A DNA stretch of 63,763 nucleotides, the filler included, from Craspedostauros australis (taxonomy: Eukaryota): the NCBI GenBank assembly GCA_030167865.1. It is 17 parts of 17 records of this genome, joined end to end, with 100 filler letters (N's around TTAATTAATTAA, not from the genome) between each part and the next. Parts side by side here need not be neighbours in the genome. Positions count along the whole stretch, not along the records: positions 45,062 to 62,494 come from JALAGF010000984.1; positions 62,595 to 63,763 come from JALAGF010000990.1; 15 more parts are not named here. One strand, 5' to 3'. The notes beneath the pieces are model-generated. The model did not search any database and was not told where the DNA came from. It saw only the letters and a list, made by a program, of their open reading frames with translations. The position numbers were made by a program, and so were the translations under genes. Below, one piece after another: positions 62,482 through 63,763 of this stretch (within the stretch, counting starts at the first letter, position 1; each line of letters starts with the position of its first letter).

Positions 62482-63006
62482 GAATACGACGTGGNNNNNN
62501 NNNNNNNNNNNNNNNNNNNNNNNNNNNNNNNNNNNNNNTTAATTAATTAANNNNNNNNNNNNNNNNNNNNNNNNNNNNNNNNNNNNNNNNNNNNCGTGTG
62601 GGTTGTGTAGCCCAAGTACCGTGGGTCGAGATCCGTCGTCTGGGTTCTGTGAGAGACAATGGGCGATGATGCTCGTTGCTGTGGCTTTGGTTCCGTGCGT
62701 CGGCGTTTTGGCGATGGTGGGTGTCAGAAACTTGGCTATCGGAACCCCATTGGTTCCCTGGCACGAATTCCGAAGATCCGCTTCAAGGTTCTGGATTTGT
62801 CTCCAAACGTGGGGTTCGGCGAAGTGTCCGTTCGATCTACTGGAGTGCTGATGAGTCGGAGGATTCGTAGTCTCTCTCGCTAAGGTGGTTACTAGTTTAG
62901 CTCTATTACTCCCCTTCATCTCACGTTGAAACGTGAGTTGACTGAAAGCAAGAAAGCTAATCGTAGTGTGGTTNGTTCCGCCGCCCAAGATGGCGGCGAT
63001 CGGGCT

Positions 63007-63675
63007 TCATTCGGACTGTTCGTCGTTGTCGTAGTAGCCGCGGCTTTGGCGGCGGTTGGTGAGCATGGCTTTCAATGCCTTGTTCACCGAGGAGGTGATG
63101 CTGACCTGCTGAACTTGGTTGATATGGTCGAGCCCTCCGCAGAAAAGGATATCGGCGAGGGTCTGGATGACCATAGGAGTCCTCTCGTCGTTTTGGAGGA
63201 CGGCCTTGATCTGAGCTGTGGGGTCGGGAGACATCTGGAAGACGGATGGTTGCATCATCGCTGGTCCATGGTTGCTGGACATGATGTACCCAGATCGAAG
63301 ACGTCGGGGCGACGGGTATGCGATTGCTGGTCGGGGTTCCGTTCGGGCCCTCTTGTTAGCGTTGCTGGTCTCCGGAGTGTTGGGTGTCAATGGCAGGGGA
63401 TGGTTCAAGACGGGGAAACTGCGGGTGTTGGTGTTCGCATCCTCATTGTGGTTCGCAGGTGCTGGGTACGCGGTTGCTATCGGCACGTCATCATCGCTTG
63501 GCCCCTCCGGTGGCATAGGGACCTCTGGTTGCTCTTCTTGGGTTATGGGGGGCATCGGCTCTGCTGCCTCGGGAGGATTCTCCGCGGTCGTGGTGGAGGC
63601 TCCTTTCGTGTTGATGGTCCCACTCGTGGTCTTCTTGGCGGACCTGACCTGTTTGATCGTCTTGATTCTTGACAT
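63007..63675 (-). CDS. Hypothetical Pro/Thr-rich protein
   Basis: 222-aa ORF with a helical-looking C-terminus; no family recognised. Confidence 0.45.
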   Translation of the reverse strand: MSRIKTIKQVRSAKKTTSGTINTKGASTTTAENPPEAAEPMPPITQEEQPEVPMPPEGPSDDDVPIATAYPAPANHNEDANTNTRSFPVLNHPLPLTPNTPETSNANKRARTEPRPAIAYPSPRRLRSGYIMSSNHGPAMMQPSVFQMSPDPTAQIKAVLQNDERTPMVIQTLADILFCGGLDHINQVQQVSITSSVNKALKAMLTNRRQSRGYYDNDEQSE

Positions 63676-63763
63676 TCCTGAGGAAACGGTTGAATCCTCA
63701 GATTCATCGAAGAGCCCCTTTCTCTTGGGGCGGTTGCTTTGCTTGCTGCTGGCTCCAGAGCTG

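Larger units (their letters stand above)
2097..62594. other. Sixteen artificial 100-nt contig spacers (N44-TTAATTAATTAA-N44) starting at 2097, 4981, 7422, 10574, 12455, 14488, 17470, 19227, 20962, 22232, 23774, 26529, 29833, 35147, 44962 and 62495
   Basis: Identical 12-mer with stops in all six frames, always centred in a fixed-length N run. Flanking sequences are unrelated. Confidence 0.97.

Noticed and set aside
2097..62594. Recurring TTAATTAATTAA as a CRISPR-like or biological repeat
   Set aside because: Always embedded in fixed-length N runs; a six-frame-stop assembly spacer
62848..62965. Hammerhead-like CTGATGAG...GAAA with nearby hairpins
   Set aside because: Core spacing is wrong and stem I cannot be formed convincingly

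Overview
Eukaryotic nuclear DNA, most likely from a diatom or related stramenopile. Evidence: spliceosomal GT-AG introns, CoDi-type Ty1/copia pol, receptor nucleotide-cyclase and PDE genes, tandem-SET proteins and TSAP-repeat secreted proteins. The window is not one locus. It is 17 short contigs joined by sixteen artificial 100-nt spacers (44 N + TTAATTAATTAA + 44 N), so adjacency across spacers means nothing. Many contigs are transposon debris: copia pol pieces, a non-LTR RT, a mariner-type and a Harbinger/ISL2EU-type transposase, a tyrosine-recombinase (YR) retroelement and two LTR-like families, many showing CpG decay. Host genes are an S8 subtilase, a STAND-type ATPase, an M11-like peptidase, a 3-exon receptor cyclase, a tandem-SET protein, a small CaaX protein, two paralogous Cys-rich secreted proteins and an intronless 1559-aa FAAL-ACP-membrane/left-handed-beta-helix (Pls/PosA-like) enzyme. 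Three things stand out. (1) The FAAL-Pls-like enzyme is a candidate single-gene membrane acyl-transfer or polymer synthase. (2) A YR-retrotransposon terminal repeat is present as two identical 241-bp copies plus one diverged copy next to the YR gene; one copy truncates a Cys-rich gene. (3) The Cys-rich proteins form a duplicated disulfide-laddered solenoid family. All family assignments come from motif recognition by eye; no database search was run.
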